A stretch of 64,000 nucleotides of DNA from a virus: positions 1,647-65,646 of IMG/VR virus record IMGVR_UViG_2754412344_000002; one strand, given 5' to 3'. The notes beneath the pieces were generated by a model that worked only from the letters and a program-made list of their open reading frames with translations, did no database searches and was not told the origin of the DNA. Of the stretch, positions 36,152-45,025 are shown piece by piece (position 1 is the first letter of the stretch; the number at the start of each line of letters is the position of its first letter). A program made the translations under genes and the position numbers.

Positions 36152-36339
36152 TGGCCGAGAAGAAGTGGATCGCAGGCGCGATCAACCCGAAGCATAAGGG
36201 CGCCCTTCGCAAAGAACTGGGCGTCAAGAAAGGCGAGAAAATCCCCGAGAAAAAGCTTGAGGCGGCTGCGAAGAAGCCCGGCAAGGAAGGTCAACGTGCT
36301 CGGCTCGCTGAAACCCTGAAAGGGATGAAAAAGAAATGA
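36151..36339 (+). CDS. Small Lys-rich phage protein
   Basis: KWI.GAI..K.GAL...LGV..GEKIP..KL..AA...G..G.RARLA.TL. Confidence 0.8.
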   Translation: MAEKKWIAGAINPKHKGALRKELGVKKGEKIPEKKLEAAAKKPGKEGQRARLAETLKGMKKK

Positions 36340-36572
36340 GCGACGTACAAGCGCAAGATACCCCGAGTGTGGTCGATCAGGTCGTCGCGACGATGGCCGA
36401 TGTTGGCGAAGTCGTGGCTGCTGTTGTTGGCCCGACCGCGCCGTTTGCTGCGGAAGTGACGGCTGCAACACTTCTGCTTCGTGCGGTCAACGAGATCAAG
36501 AAAGTCGGCCGTGGGCTGTCGCCGGAGATGGAATCGGTACTGGCTGACGCACAGAAGTTTCTCGGGCTGTAA
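36336..36572 (+). CDS. Hypothetical protein
   Basis: 78 aa coupled to upstream gene. Confidence 0.65.
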   Translation: MSDVQAQDTPSVVDQVVATMADVGEVVAAVVGPTAPFAAEVTAATLLLRAVNEIKKVGRGLSPEMESVLADAQKFLGL

Positions 36573-36809
36573 TCGTATTTGAGCGGGAACGTGGCGACAC
36601 TGCAATAGGCGAATTACGCTGTTTCGTTGCCGAGCAGTTACCAATCCGGATGGCGACAGAGGCATGGGCGGTGTCCCTCTCTGTTTGCCTGCCGGGCTCA
36701 CATGTAGACGCTTTGGATGCTGCTGGGCGTGACCAGTGGCTTCAGTCGGACGACACTAGAGCGTCTTCACGTGGGCGTGGAAATCGCATCCCGCGAAAGT
36801 ACTTCCGCC

Positions 36810-36895
36810 CGAATCTTGGGTGCGCGATGTTTGCGCCGTATGCCACACGAAACGTGGCGCTTTCAAGTGTGCAGTTCGAATCTGCTGGCTCGCCG
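36810..36895 (+). ncRNA. Degenerate tRNA-like element
   Basis: D arm GCGC-GATGTTT-GCGC, hairpin GCCAC-ACGAAAC-GTGGC, T arm GCAG-TTCGAAT-CTGC; acceptor poorly paired, no CCA. Confidence 0.45.
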
Positions 36896-36964
36896 ACCCT
36901 AGGAGGCGCATGGGAGATGGAATTCCCTGGCGTGGCGAGTGAGTGGGCTACGGCCCGCACACTT

Positions 36965-37050
36965 GAGAGCGAATGCGCAGGCTGATGCGCTCCCAGGGGT
37001 ATATTTCTTGGGTCTCCTATGCCAGAGATCAGCACTGGCCGCTCTCACCA
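36965..37050 (+). ncRNA. Non-canonical tRNA-like cloverleaf with encoded CCA
   Basis: Acceptor GAGAGCG/CGCTCTC + ACCA; D GCGC-AGGCTGAT-GCGC; CCCAGG/CTTGGG arm; GCCAG-AGATCAGCA-CTGGC in place of T arm. Confidence 0.7.
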
Positions 37051-37055
37051 AACAC

Positions 37056-37134
37056 CTGAGTGTAATGTCAGTCCGGTTAGACGGCCTGCTTTGGAAGCAG
37101 GAGGCCGAAGGTTCAAATCCTTCCACTCAGACCA
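37056..37134 (+). tRNA. tRNA-Pro (TGG)
   Basis: CTGAGTG/CACTCAG acceptor, CCTGC-TTTGGAA-GCAGG, GTTCAAATC T loop, ACCA. Confidence 0.9.
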
Positions 37135-37138
37135 TATT

Positions 37139-37212
37139 GCGGGCTTGGCCGATCGGTTAGGCCGTGGCCTTCCAAGCCATTCAGGCGAGTTCAATTCTCG
37201 CAGCCCGCTCCA
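37139..37212 (+). tRNA. tRNA-Gly (TCC)
   Basis: GCGGGCT/AGCCCGC acceptor, TGGC-CTTCCAA-GCCA, GTTCAATTC, TCCA end. Confidence 0.92.
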
Positions 37213-37268
37213 CGTACACCTGTACACATTCTATGTACAGGGAATAAAAAATGAACGCCGGAGATTAA

Positions 37269-37493
37269 GTGAAACGCAACGGCATTGAATACCGCATCCG
37301 CCGTAAAGCCGAATTGAGCGACTTTATGGGCGCTGATATCGACGCATTGGTGGAAGAAGAAGCGCGTCAAGCTCGCGCCCGGGTGGCGGCTGAGGTGATT
37401 GGATCATATGTAGCGCGATGCCGCGTATCCGCTGGGAATCTTGGCGAGATGGCGATTCAGGCGCGGGCGTTTGAGATTCGCAATCGCAGTTAA
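37269..37493 (+). CDS. Hypothetical protein
   Basis: 74 aa, GGAG RBS, GTG start. Confidence 0.55.
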   Translation: MKRNGIEYRIRRKAELSDFMGADIDALVEEEARQARARVAAEVIGSYVARCRVSAGNLGEMAIQARAFEIRNRS

Positions 37494-37508
37494 TAACCCA
37501 CGATAGAA

Positions 37509-37976
37509 ATGGCACGCGGTCGCATTTCCACCTACACCGAAAAGGCAGCAGAGGAGATTTGCCAGCGCATTGCTGACGGCGAACCGCTGCGCGTTATTTG
37601 CCGCGACGAGCATATGCCTGCATGGCGAACGGTCTATCAATGGATCGAGGATCACGCAGATTTTGCCGCACGCATCGCGCGCGCGAGAATTATGGGGCGC
37701 GAAGCGATTTTTGAGGACACGTTGATCATTGCTGACACGCCAGTTGACGGTGTGCGGCGTGAGATCAGCGAAACTGGCAAGAAAGAGGTGCACGAGGACA
37801 TGCTTGGGCACCGGAAGCTTCAGATCGAAACGCGGCTGAAATTGCTGGCTAAGTGGGATCCGAAGAAATACGGCGAAAAGCTTCACTCTGAAGTGACCGG
37901 CGCAGATGGCGCGCCGTTCGTGGTGCAGATTGTGCGGTTCGGAGATTCTGGTGGCGACAATACAGATTCCGAATAA
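37509..37976 (+). CDS. terS: Terminase small subunit
   Basis: EEICQRIADGEPLR.IC....MP..RTVY.W...RKLQIETR.KLLAKW.PKKYG. Confidence 0.85.
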   Translation: MARGRISTYTEKAAEEICQRIADGEPLRVICRDEHMPAWRTVYQWIEDHADFAARIARARIMGREAIFEDTLIIADTPVDGVRREISETGKKEVHEDMLGHRKLQIETRLKLLAKWDPKKYGEKLHSEVTGADGAPFVVQIVRFGDSGGDNTDSE

Positions 37977-39288
37977 CTGGCGCCCACGAGATTACCAGCG
38001 CGAGGCGTGGAGCTACTTGGAGCGCGGCGGCAAACACGCAGAAATCGTATGGCATCGCCGTTCGGGCAAGGATGAAGTCGGATTGCATTGGACGGCTGTA
38101 GCGTCGTTCCAGCGAGTCGGAACTTACTGGTACATGCTGCCGCTAGCCAACCAGGCGAAGAAAGCTATCTGGAATGCTGTCAATCCCCATACCGGCAAGA
38201 AGCGCATTGACGAGGCATTCCCGCCAGAGATCCGGCGTCGCAAGAACGATCAGGAAATGTACATCGAGTTCATCAACGGCTCGACGTGGCAGGTGGTTGG
38301 TTCCGACAACTTCAACGCGCTGGTTGGATCGCCCCCAATTGGTCTGGTGTATTCGGAATGGGCGCTTTCAAATCCGGCCGCAAAAGCATATCTGCGGCCG
38401 ATACTTGCGGAAAACGGCGGCTGGCAAATCTTCAACACCACCCCGCGTGGCAAGAACCATGCATACCGCACTTTGATGGCGGCGAAAGAAGATCCGAATG
38501 CGTTCGCTCAAGTGCTGACTGCCAAACAAACTGGTGTCATCACGGCCGAACAGTTGGACAAACTCTTGGCCGATTACATCAAGGATTACGGAGAAGCCCT
38601 TGGCACCGCCTACTTCGAGCAGGAATTCTTGTGCTCATTCGAGACGCCGATTATGGGCGCTGTATATGCAAAGGAACTCCGTGAAGCAGCAGACCGCATC
38701 CGGCCGGTTCCATACGATCCCAGCAAGCCGGTCCATATCTTCTGGGACTTGGGCCGCGCAGACAAAACGGCGATCTGGTTCGCACAGCTTGGTCCATTCG
38801 AATACCGGATCATTGATTATCACGAGGGTGTTGGGAAGCACATCGGCGAATACATCGTCGATTTGCAGGCAAAGAAATATGTCTACGGGGATTGCTGGCT
38901 GCCTCATGACGCGAACAACGAGCTTCTAGCCGCAGAGCGCACGGTGGCCCAGCAACTTCGGGCTGCCGGATTCAAGACTCGTACCGTCGCAAAGACTTCT
39001 ATCGATACACGCATCGAAGCAGCGCGACTAATGTTGCCGCTTACCTATTTCGATGAGCGTAAATGCGAGACTGGTTTAGACGCGCTTCGCAACTATCGCT
39101 ACCGAGTAGACGAAGAAACGAAGCAATTCAGCAAAGAGCCACTCCATGACTGGGCTTCCCATGCCGCGGACGCATTCGGGTACATGGCGATCGCCTTTAA
39201 GGAAGAAAAGCCGAAGAAGCGCGACTTTCAGACTATCCCGAAACGACAGTTCAACACTGGCCGCAATCTCGGCGGCAATTGGATGTGA
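37951..39288 (+). CDS. terL: Terminase large subunit
   Basis: HRRSGKD Walker A, LVYSEW Walker B, WDLGRAD and HDWASHAADAFGY nuclease motifs; GTG start. Confidence 0.92.
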   Translation: MATIQIPNNWRPRDYQREAWSYLERGGKHAEIVWHRRSGKDEVGLHWTAVASFQRVGTYWYMLPLANQAKKAIWNAVNPHTGKKRIDEAFPPEIRRRKNDQEMYIEFINGSTWQVVGSDNFNALVGSPPIGLVYSEWALSNPAAKAYLRPILAENGGWQIFNTTPRGKNHAYRTLMAAKEDPNAFAQVLTAKQTGVITAEQLDKLLADYIKDYGEALGTAYFEQEFLCSFETPIMGAVYAKELREAADRIRPVPYDPSKPVHIFWDLGRADKTAIWFAQLGPFEYRIIDYHEGVGKHIGEYIVDLQAKKYVYGDCWLPHDANNELLAAERTVAQQLRAAGFKTRTVAKTSIDTRIEAARLMLPLTYFDERKCETGLDALRNYRYRVDEETKQFSKEPLHDWASHAADAFGYMAIAFKEEKPKKRDFQTIPKRQFNTGRNLGGNWM

Positions 39289-39290
39289 GC

Positions 39291-39578
39291 ATGCGAATCG
39301 CTATTGATTACGACAATACCTACACCGCCGACGAATTCTTGTGGTACCACTTCATCACAATGGCGCAGATTGGCGGCCATTCCGTAGAGCTGGTGACTAT
39401 GCGCTATAAAACGCCGGTCGAGGAAATTCCGGAACACATTTGCCGACTCTTTGACAACGTTGAATATACCGAACGTAAATCAAAAAAGTCTCACATGGAT
39501 TCAATCGGACGGCCTGTCGATATCTGGATTGACGACATGCCTAACTTCATTATGCAAGACGCATGGGCGGGCGACTAA
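39291..39578 (+). CDS. Minimal HAD-superfamily phosphatase-like protein
   Basis: IAIDYDNT (DxDxT), VT.R, K, IWIDD. Confidence 0.75.
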   Translation: MRIAIDYDNTYTADEFLWYHFITMAQIGGHSVELVTMRYKTPVEEIPEHICRLFDNVEYTERKSKKSHMDSIGRPVDIWIDDMPNFIMQDAWAGD

Positions 39579-39850
39579 TGATTGACTGGAAACCAATTGG
39601 AACCATTCCACTCGCTCCAACCCGTAATGGACTAGACATGCGATCCCAAGATGTATTGCTGTGGGTTAAATCTGACTTTGGCTATTCAGGCCCTGTTGTC
39701 GGATATTTCTCAGTCAACGTATCAGTCGATGGCACGGTGTTTGAAAGTGTCTCGGTCAGCGGCGTAGGTGGTTGGGAATGTGAAGAAGATTTCGGTGCTT
39801 CCGATGTAACACATTGGGCCGAACTGCCAAAAGGCCCGGGTGAAGAATAA
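39578..39850 (+). CDS. DUF551-like protein
   Basis: WKPI.T.P...VLLW...VTHWAELP. Confidence 0.65.
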   Translation: MIDWKPIGTIPLAPTRNGLDMRSQDVLLWVKSDFGYSGPVVGYFSVNVSVDGTVFESVSVSGVGGWECEEDFGASDVTHWAELPKGPGEE

Positions 39851-42111
39851 TGGCTGAGCGCAAACAGGACATCATTAAGCGGGCCCACGATCGGTTTCGC
39901 TCGTGCATCGAATGGGAAGGCGACGCGCGGCAGCGGTTCAAGGACGACATTCGGTTCCTCTATGCTGATCCCGACAATCAAGAACAATGGAATGCGGCCG
40001 TTCGTGCTCAGCGTCAGCTAGCCGGTCAGCCGATGGTGACGATCAACAAAGTGCACACGCACTGGCTGCACGTCGTTAACCAAGGCAAAGAGAACAAGCC
40101 GCAGATCCGGATCAGCCCGACCGGCGACGAAGCTACCTACGAATCGGCGCAGATTTTCGAGCAGATTATCCGGCGCATCGAGTACATCTCGGACGCTCAG
40201 ACGGCCTATGACAAGGCCAGCGAGTTCCAGGTGGGCGGAGGGATCGGCTACTGGCGCATTGTCAGTCGTTACACCGACGACAACACGTTTGACCAAGAGC
40301 TGTACATCGACCAGATCCCCGACCCGCTGTCGGTCTACATGGACCCGAACATCAAGAAGCAGGACGGATCGGACGCGCGGTTTGCATTCATCTACGACGA
40401 CATGCCTCGGGATGAGGCACAGAAGAAGTACCCGAACATCGTCAAGCGCCAGAACCACGGCGATGACGCGCTGGAATGGTCGCGGCGGGATACGGTGCGT
40501 GTGGCTGAGTATTACGAGCGCTCCGAGTCGAAGGATTGGCTGTATGCGATCCCGCGTGACGATGGCGGCGTCATGTTGGTGCGCGAATCGAGCATGCCGG
40601 ACGACGCGCGAGACATGCTCAAGCAGGCACTAGATAACGGTTCGAACGTCCAGCGTCGCCGCATCCCCCGTTTTTCGGTCGACTGGTATCTCATCGTAGG
40701 CGACGAGATCGCCGAGAAGTCGGAATGGCTCGGCAAGTACATCCCGATCATTCGCGTTCCCGGTGAGGAGGTCATCATCGAGGGCCGTCTCGATCGTAAG
40801 GGAATGGTGCGTTATCTGAAGGACGCCCAGCGCGCCTTCAACTACAACGCATCGGCCGCGCTTGAATACGGCGCGCTGCAAAGCAAATCGCCCTACATCG
40901 CTCCGGTTGAGGCTATTGAAGGGCTGGAAAACTACTGGGCGACGGCGAACACGCAGAACCACGCGTATCTCCCGTACAACAATGCGGACGAGAGCGGCAA
41001 TCCTATTCCCCCGCCTACTCGCCAGCCTGCGCCTGGTTCGGCTCCCGTGTTCATGGATGGCATGCAAGCCGCGGAACACGAGATGATGATGGCGTCGGGT
41101 CAGTACGAGGCTACGTTCAGTGCTCAGGGTAACGAGGTCAGCGGCATCTCGATCGAGCAACGCCAAAAACAGGGCGAGCGCGTCACGTTCCACTTCCAGG
41201 ACAACCTCGCCAAGGCCATCAAGTTCACCGGCAAGCAGCTTATCGACCTGATCCCGAAGTATTACGACACGCGTCGTGTAATTCGGATCATGTCGGAATC
41301 CGGGGAGGAACAGCAGATCCAGATCGATCCGCAGGCCAAGCAAGCGCTGCAACAGCAGCAGGATGAGGGTGAATCCAAGGTCGCGGCGATCTTCAACCCG
41401 AATGTCGGGACGTACGAAGTCATGGCGTCGGTTGGGCCGAACTTCGAGACGCGCCGCAAGCAGGCTTTCGACGCGATGACGCAACTGCTGATGAACAACC
41501 CAGCACTGCCGAACGTCATTGGCGATCTGTACATGGGTTCGGCTGATTTCCCGACCGCCGACAAGCTGCAAGAGCGCATGCGCAACTGGATCAAGGCCAG
41601 CAATCCGGCCGTCCTCGGTGAAGTCGATCCGCAGGTTCAGCAGATGGAGCAGCAACTTCAGGCAGCGGCTCAGTTCATCAAAGAATTGCAGCAGCAGCTT
41701 CACGACAAGAGTGTCGAGCAACAGCTCCAGGCCAAGCGCGTCGATATTGACGCCCTGAACCATCTCGCCCTGCGCATGGAGAACGACAACGAGGCTATCC
41801 GCAAGGCGTTTGAGGCAGAGACGAACCGGCTCAAGGTCATGTGGCCTGCGATGGCGGCCGAAGCCATGGAGCCGCTCGTCCGCAAGATGCTGGCCGAGAT
41901 CATTCGCGCGCCGGCACCTGATGGCGGTGTGCAGCCTGATCCGGTCGATCCGGCAAACGCCTATGCCGCGGGCATTACCCAAGTCCTTCAACCCGTTCCG
42001 CAGATCGAGCAAGAGAAGTCACAGGGCGAACAGCAAGCCCATCAGCAGAGCATGAATCAAGCAGCGCAGCAGTTGGCGCAATCACAACAGCCCGCGACGA
42101 CGGGCCAGTAA
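39850..42111 (+). CDS. P22-like portal protein
   Basis: 753 aa; QW...R, TINKV, GGIGYW, IPIIRVPG, KDAQR.FNY, SGISI..RQ, Gln-rich barrel tail. Confidence 0.92.
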   Translation: MAERKQDIIKRAHDRFRSCIEWEGDARQRFKDDIRFLYADPDNQEQWNAAVRAQRQLAGQPMVTINKVHTHWLHVVNQGKENKPQIRISPTGDEATYESAQIFEQIIRRIEYISDAQTAYDKASEFQVGGGIGYWRIVSRYTDDNTFDQELYIDQIPDPLSVYMDPNIKKQDGSDARFAFIYDDMPRDEAQKKYPNIVKRQNHGDDALEWSRRDTVRVAEYYERSESKDWLYAIPRDDGGVMLVRESSMPDDARDMLKQALDNGSNVQRRRIPRFSVDWYLIVGDEIAEKSEWLGKYIPIIRVPGEEVIIEGRLDRKGMVRYLKDAQRAFNYNASAALEYGALQSKSPYIAPVEAIEGLENYWATANTQNHAYLPYNNADESGNPIPPPTRQPAPGSAPVFMDGMQAAEHEMMMASGQYEATFSAQGNEVSGISIEQRQKQGERVTFHFQDNLAKAIKFTGKQLIDLIPKYYDTRRVIRIMSESGEEQQIQIDPQAKQALQQQQDEGESKVAAIFNPNVGTYEVMASVGPNFETRRKQAFDAMTQLLMNNPALPNVIGDLYMGSADFPTADKLQERMRNWIKASNPAVLGEVDPQVQQMEQQLQAAAQFIKELQQQLHDKSVEQQLQAKRVDIDALNHLALRMENDNEAIRKAFEAETNRLKVMWPAMAAEAMEPLVRKMLAEIIRAPAPDGGVQPDPVDPANAYAAGITQVLQPVPQIEQEKSQGEQQAHQQSMNQAAQQLAQSQQPATTGQ

Positions 42112-42122
42112 CCGGAGCAACC

Positions 42123-42851
42123 ATGAGCGAAATCCAAGATCCGCTAGTCACCGATCCCGCAAACCTTGATACGCCGCCGACTGATCCGGCTCCGTCGGAT
42201 CCTCCGGCCGATGACCCGCCCCAGCAGCACGACACAAGCTGGGTGCCGAAGCGCATCAGCGAAATCACGGCAGCTCGTCGTAAGGCAGAGGAAGAGCGTG
42301 ATGCACTGAAGGCCGAAATCGAACGCCTGCGCGCAGCTACGGCAGCAGAACCGGCTCAACCGACAGCCGCAGCGGTTCCCCAGCCTGACATCGAGAAGCT
42401 CGCCGACGCACTGGCGGAACGCAAGCTCAACGACCGCGAGATGAGCCGCAAGATTGCCGCGATCAACGAAGCTGGTGCCAAGGAATTCGGCGATGACTTC
42501 GAAAAGTCGGTGCAGAACCTGAACATGGCTGGTATCGGCGGCCCGGATTTCCTGAAGGTACTTACCAGCATCGACGGCGCAGAAAAGGTCGTGACGTATC
42601 TCGGCAAGCCCGAGCACCTGAACGAAGCGCTGCGCATTGGCTCGCTTGACCCGGTGCAGATGGGTATCGAGATGGTCAAGCTGTCCGAGAAGGCCAGCAA
42701 AGCGTTTGCCAAGCAGGTCAGCAAAGCCCCTCCTCCCATCGAGACTGTGACGAGCCGAGGCAATGCTGGCGGGGATGGTCCCGAACCGGACCCGAGCGAT
42801 CAGAAAGCGTGGATCGCGTGGCGCAACAAGAACGCGCGGAAGAAGCGCTAA
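42123..42851 (+). CDS. Scaffolding protein
   Basis: Acidic/Pro N-terminus, KRISEITAARR..E coiled coil, KAPPPI, basic C-terminal helix. Confidence 0.8.
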   Translation: MSEIQDPLVTDPANLDTPPTDPAPSDPPADDPPQQHDTSWVPKRISEITAARRKAEEERDALKAEIERLRAATAAEPAQPTAAAVPQPDIEKLADALAERKLNDREMSRKIAAINEAGAKEFGDDFEKSVQNLNMAGIGGPDFLKVLTSIDGAEKVVTYLGKPEHLNEALRIGSLDPVQMGIEMVKLSEKASKAFAKQVSKAPPPIETVTSRGNAGGDGPEPDPSDQKAWIAWRNKNARKKR

Positions 42852-42891
42852 CAAGCATTCGACTGTATCGGGGGAATACAAGCAGCAGCCT

Positions 42892-42916
42892 GTTGCATAG
42901 TTTCACTATGGGCCTA
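42892..42916 (+). promoter_or_regulatory. Shared upstream motif, copy 2
   Basis: GTTGC-ATAG-TTTCACTATGGGCCTA. Confidence 0.55.
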
Positions 42917-42954
42917 AAGTCGGAGATGTTAGAAGAACATTCGACACGGAACGC

Positions 42955-43629
42955 ATGAAGAAATGCTGCAAATGCGGGAATTTCCTTCCGCTATCTGAGT
43001 TCACAAAGGACAAACAAAAAAAGGACGGCCTGAACACCTATTGCAAATCATGCAGAAAAGAGATGGCCGCCAAGAAATACTCAGCTCACAAAGACGAGAT
43101 CTTGGCTCGTAACAAGGCATGGGCTCAGAACAATCCCGAAAAGGTCAAAGCACAACGATCAGCCTATCGTAAAGAAAATTTAGAGGCTAGCCGAGAATAT
43201 CAGCGCGAGTGGAGAAAGAAGAACCCTGGACGCGCTGCTCAATACGTTGAAAAATGGCGCCAAAAGATTGGTAACGAGAAGGTGCTGGAGGCAGCCAAGG
43301 AATACCGTGAAGCCAATCGAGAAAAGACCAGAGAAGCTGCGTCTCGGTGGCAGAAGAACAATCGCGCCAAAGCCACGGCCGCACAAAATCGCCGAGAAGC
43401 AGAAAAACTCCGCGCCACGCCCAAATGGGCTAACCAAGACAAAATTGAGGAGTTCTACAAAGAGGCGGAACGTTTGTCAAAAATTCACTATCGGCATTAT
43501 CATGTGGACCATGTTGTTCCGCTGCGCAGCAAGATTGTTTGCGGCCTCCATTGGGAGGGTAATTTGCAAGTGATCCCGGCAGAAGAGAACATCAGGAAAG
43601 GCAACCGGCATTGGCCTGATATGCCGTAG
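42955..43629 (+). CDS. HNH endonuclease inserted between scaffold and coat genes
   Basis: N-terminal CxxC...CxxC, helical repeats, YHVDHVVPL...CGLH...NLQVI...EN..K.N; AT-rich. Confidence 0.88.
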   Translation: MKKCCKCGNFLPLSEFTKDKQKKDGLNTYCKSCRKEMAAKKYSAHKDEILARNKAWAQNNPEKVKAQRSAYRKENLEASREYQREWRKKNPGRAAQYVEKWRQKIGNEKVLEAAKEYREANREKTREAASRWQKNNRAKATAAQNRREAEKLRATPKWANQDKIEEFYKEAERLSKIHYRHYHVDHVVPLRSKIVCGLHWEGNLQVIPAEENIRKGNRHWPDMP

Positions 43630-43634
43630 CCACT

Positions 43635-43717
43635 AGGTCCGTCGGAACCGTCAATCTGACCTGTATCGCCAGTCAGCGAGGGTTAGCCCGTTAAGTCAGT
43701 TCCAGCAGGGCAGGAAC
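43635..43717 (+). ncRNA. Pseudoknot RNA motif, copy 1 (upstream of coat gene)
   Basis: AGGTCC-hairpin-...GCCCGTTAA...A GTTCC AGCA GGGC A GGAAC. Confidence 0.7.
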
Positions 43718-43765
43718 GAAAGTTCGCCGCAAGGCGCGTTTTCCCTGTCCTTTTGGAGATGACAA

Positions 43766-44965
43766 ATGGCCGGCAACTCCTTGTTGACCATCAACCAAAT
43801 CACGAACGAGGCAGTCCGCCTCTTCACGCAGTCCAACGCTTTCCTTCGCACGGTTTCGCGCCAGTACGACGATCAGTTCGCCCGCTCGGGTGCCAAGATC
43901 GGTAACACGCTGCGCATCCGCCTGCCGAACGATTACGTCGTCAACACCGGCCCGGCGATCACGCCGCAAGGCACCAACGAACAGAACACGACGCTGACGG
44001 TTGCGACCCAAGCGAACGTGCCGGTTTCGTTTGGTACGGCCGAAAAAACGATGTCGTTGGACGACTACAGCGAGCGCATCCTCGCACCTGCTATCAACCG
44101 TCTCGCCGCTCACATGGCGGACGACCTGATGTCGGTGGCGCAGCAGTCGTGCAACCTGGTGTACAAGAATTCGTCGGGCCTCGTCTCGCCGGATGCAAGC
44201 ACCTGGCTTACCGCTGGTGCCACGCTGTCGCAGAACCTTGCGCCGGAAATGGATCGCAAGATCATCATGGATCCGCTGACGCAAGCTCGCTCGGTCTCGT
44301 CGCTTGCTGGTCTCTTCAACCCGCAACGCAAGATCAGCGACCAGTACGAAACCGGGATGATCACGACCGATACCCTCGGCTTCGACTGGATGATGGATCA
44401 GACGACCCGCGTTCACACGGTCGGTTCGTTCTCGGCTGGCACGGTCAACGGCGCAGGCCAAACGGGCAACACGCTTACCGTCAACGCAATCACCGGCACT
44501 CTGAACGCTGGCGATGTCATCACGATTGCTGGCGTCAATGCGATCAACCGCCTGACTGGCCAAGACCAGGGCGCTCTGCGTCAGTTCGTGGTTACGCAAA
44601 ACGTCGCTTCGGGCGCTACGTCGATTCCGATCTACCCGGCAATCGTCCCGGCTCCCGCAGCGTTCAACACGGTCACGGCATCGCCTGCCAACAGCGCAGC
44701 AATCAGCCTCGTGCTCCCGGCCAGCTCGCAGTATCGCCAGAACCTCGCGTATTACCCCGAGGCATTCACGCTGGCAACGGCCGACCTCGAAATGCCGACG
44801 ACCGGTGTTGTCGAAGCGGCCCGAGCTGAGTTTGATGGCGTGTCGCTGCGTCTTCTGACCGCGTATGACGTGATGAGCGACAGTTTGGTGACAAGAATTG
44901 ACTGCTTGTACGGATATGCAGCAATTCGCCCCGAATGGGCCTGTATCGTCGCCGATCAGGTGTAA
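43766..44965 (+). CDS. P22-like major capsid (coat) protein
   Basis: MAGNSLLTINQITNEA, F..SGAKIG.TLRIRLP, RIDCLYG...RPEWA. Confidence 0.93.
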   Translation: MAGNSLLTINQITNEAVRLFTQSNAFLRTVSRQYDDQFARSGAKIGNTLRIRLPNDYVVNTGPAITPQGTNEQNTTLTVATQANVPVSFGTAEKTMSLDDYSERILAPAINRLAAHMADDLMSVAQQSCNLVYKNSSGLVSPDASTWLTAGATLSQNLAPEMDRKIIMDPLTQARSVSSLAGLFNPQRKISDQYETGMITTDTLGFDWMMDQTTRVHTVGSFSAGTVNGAGQTGNTLTVNAITGTLNAGDVITIAGVNAINRLTGQDQGALRQFVVTQNVASGATSIPIYPAIVPAPAAFNTVTASPANSAAISLVLPASSQYRQNLAYYPEAFTLATADLEMPTTGVVEAARAEFDGVSLRLLTAYDVMSDSLVTRIDCLYGYAAIRPEWACIVADQV

Positions 44966-44985
44966 GCCTTTCTCCGGTGCGGTTT

Positions 44986-45016
44986 GGAGCCGGGGGAATA
45001 CCTCGGCTCCTTTTTT
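44986..45016 (+). terminator. Intrinsic terminator after coat gene
   Basis: GGAGCCGGGG-GAATA-CCTCGGCTCC-TTTTTT. Confidence 0.8.
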
Positions 45017-45025
45017 GGACTGCTA

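Noticed and set aside
36650-36985. 111-aa ORF across the structured RNA tract
   Set aside because: No clear RBS or recognisable motif; overlaps tRNA-like stems
40630-42012. Long minus-strand ORFs over portal, primase (27493-28734), tnpB (12287-13525) and 14017-15282 (+)
   Set aside because: Antisense shadows of well-supported genes in GC-rich sequence; no motifs
42861-43670. CTGTATCG on both sides of the HNH gene as a target-site duplication
   Set aside because: Only 8 bp, not at clean gene boundaries; could be chance
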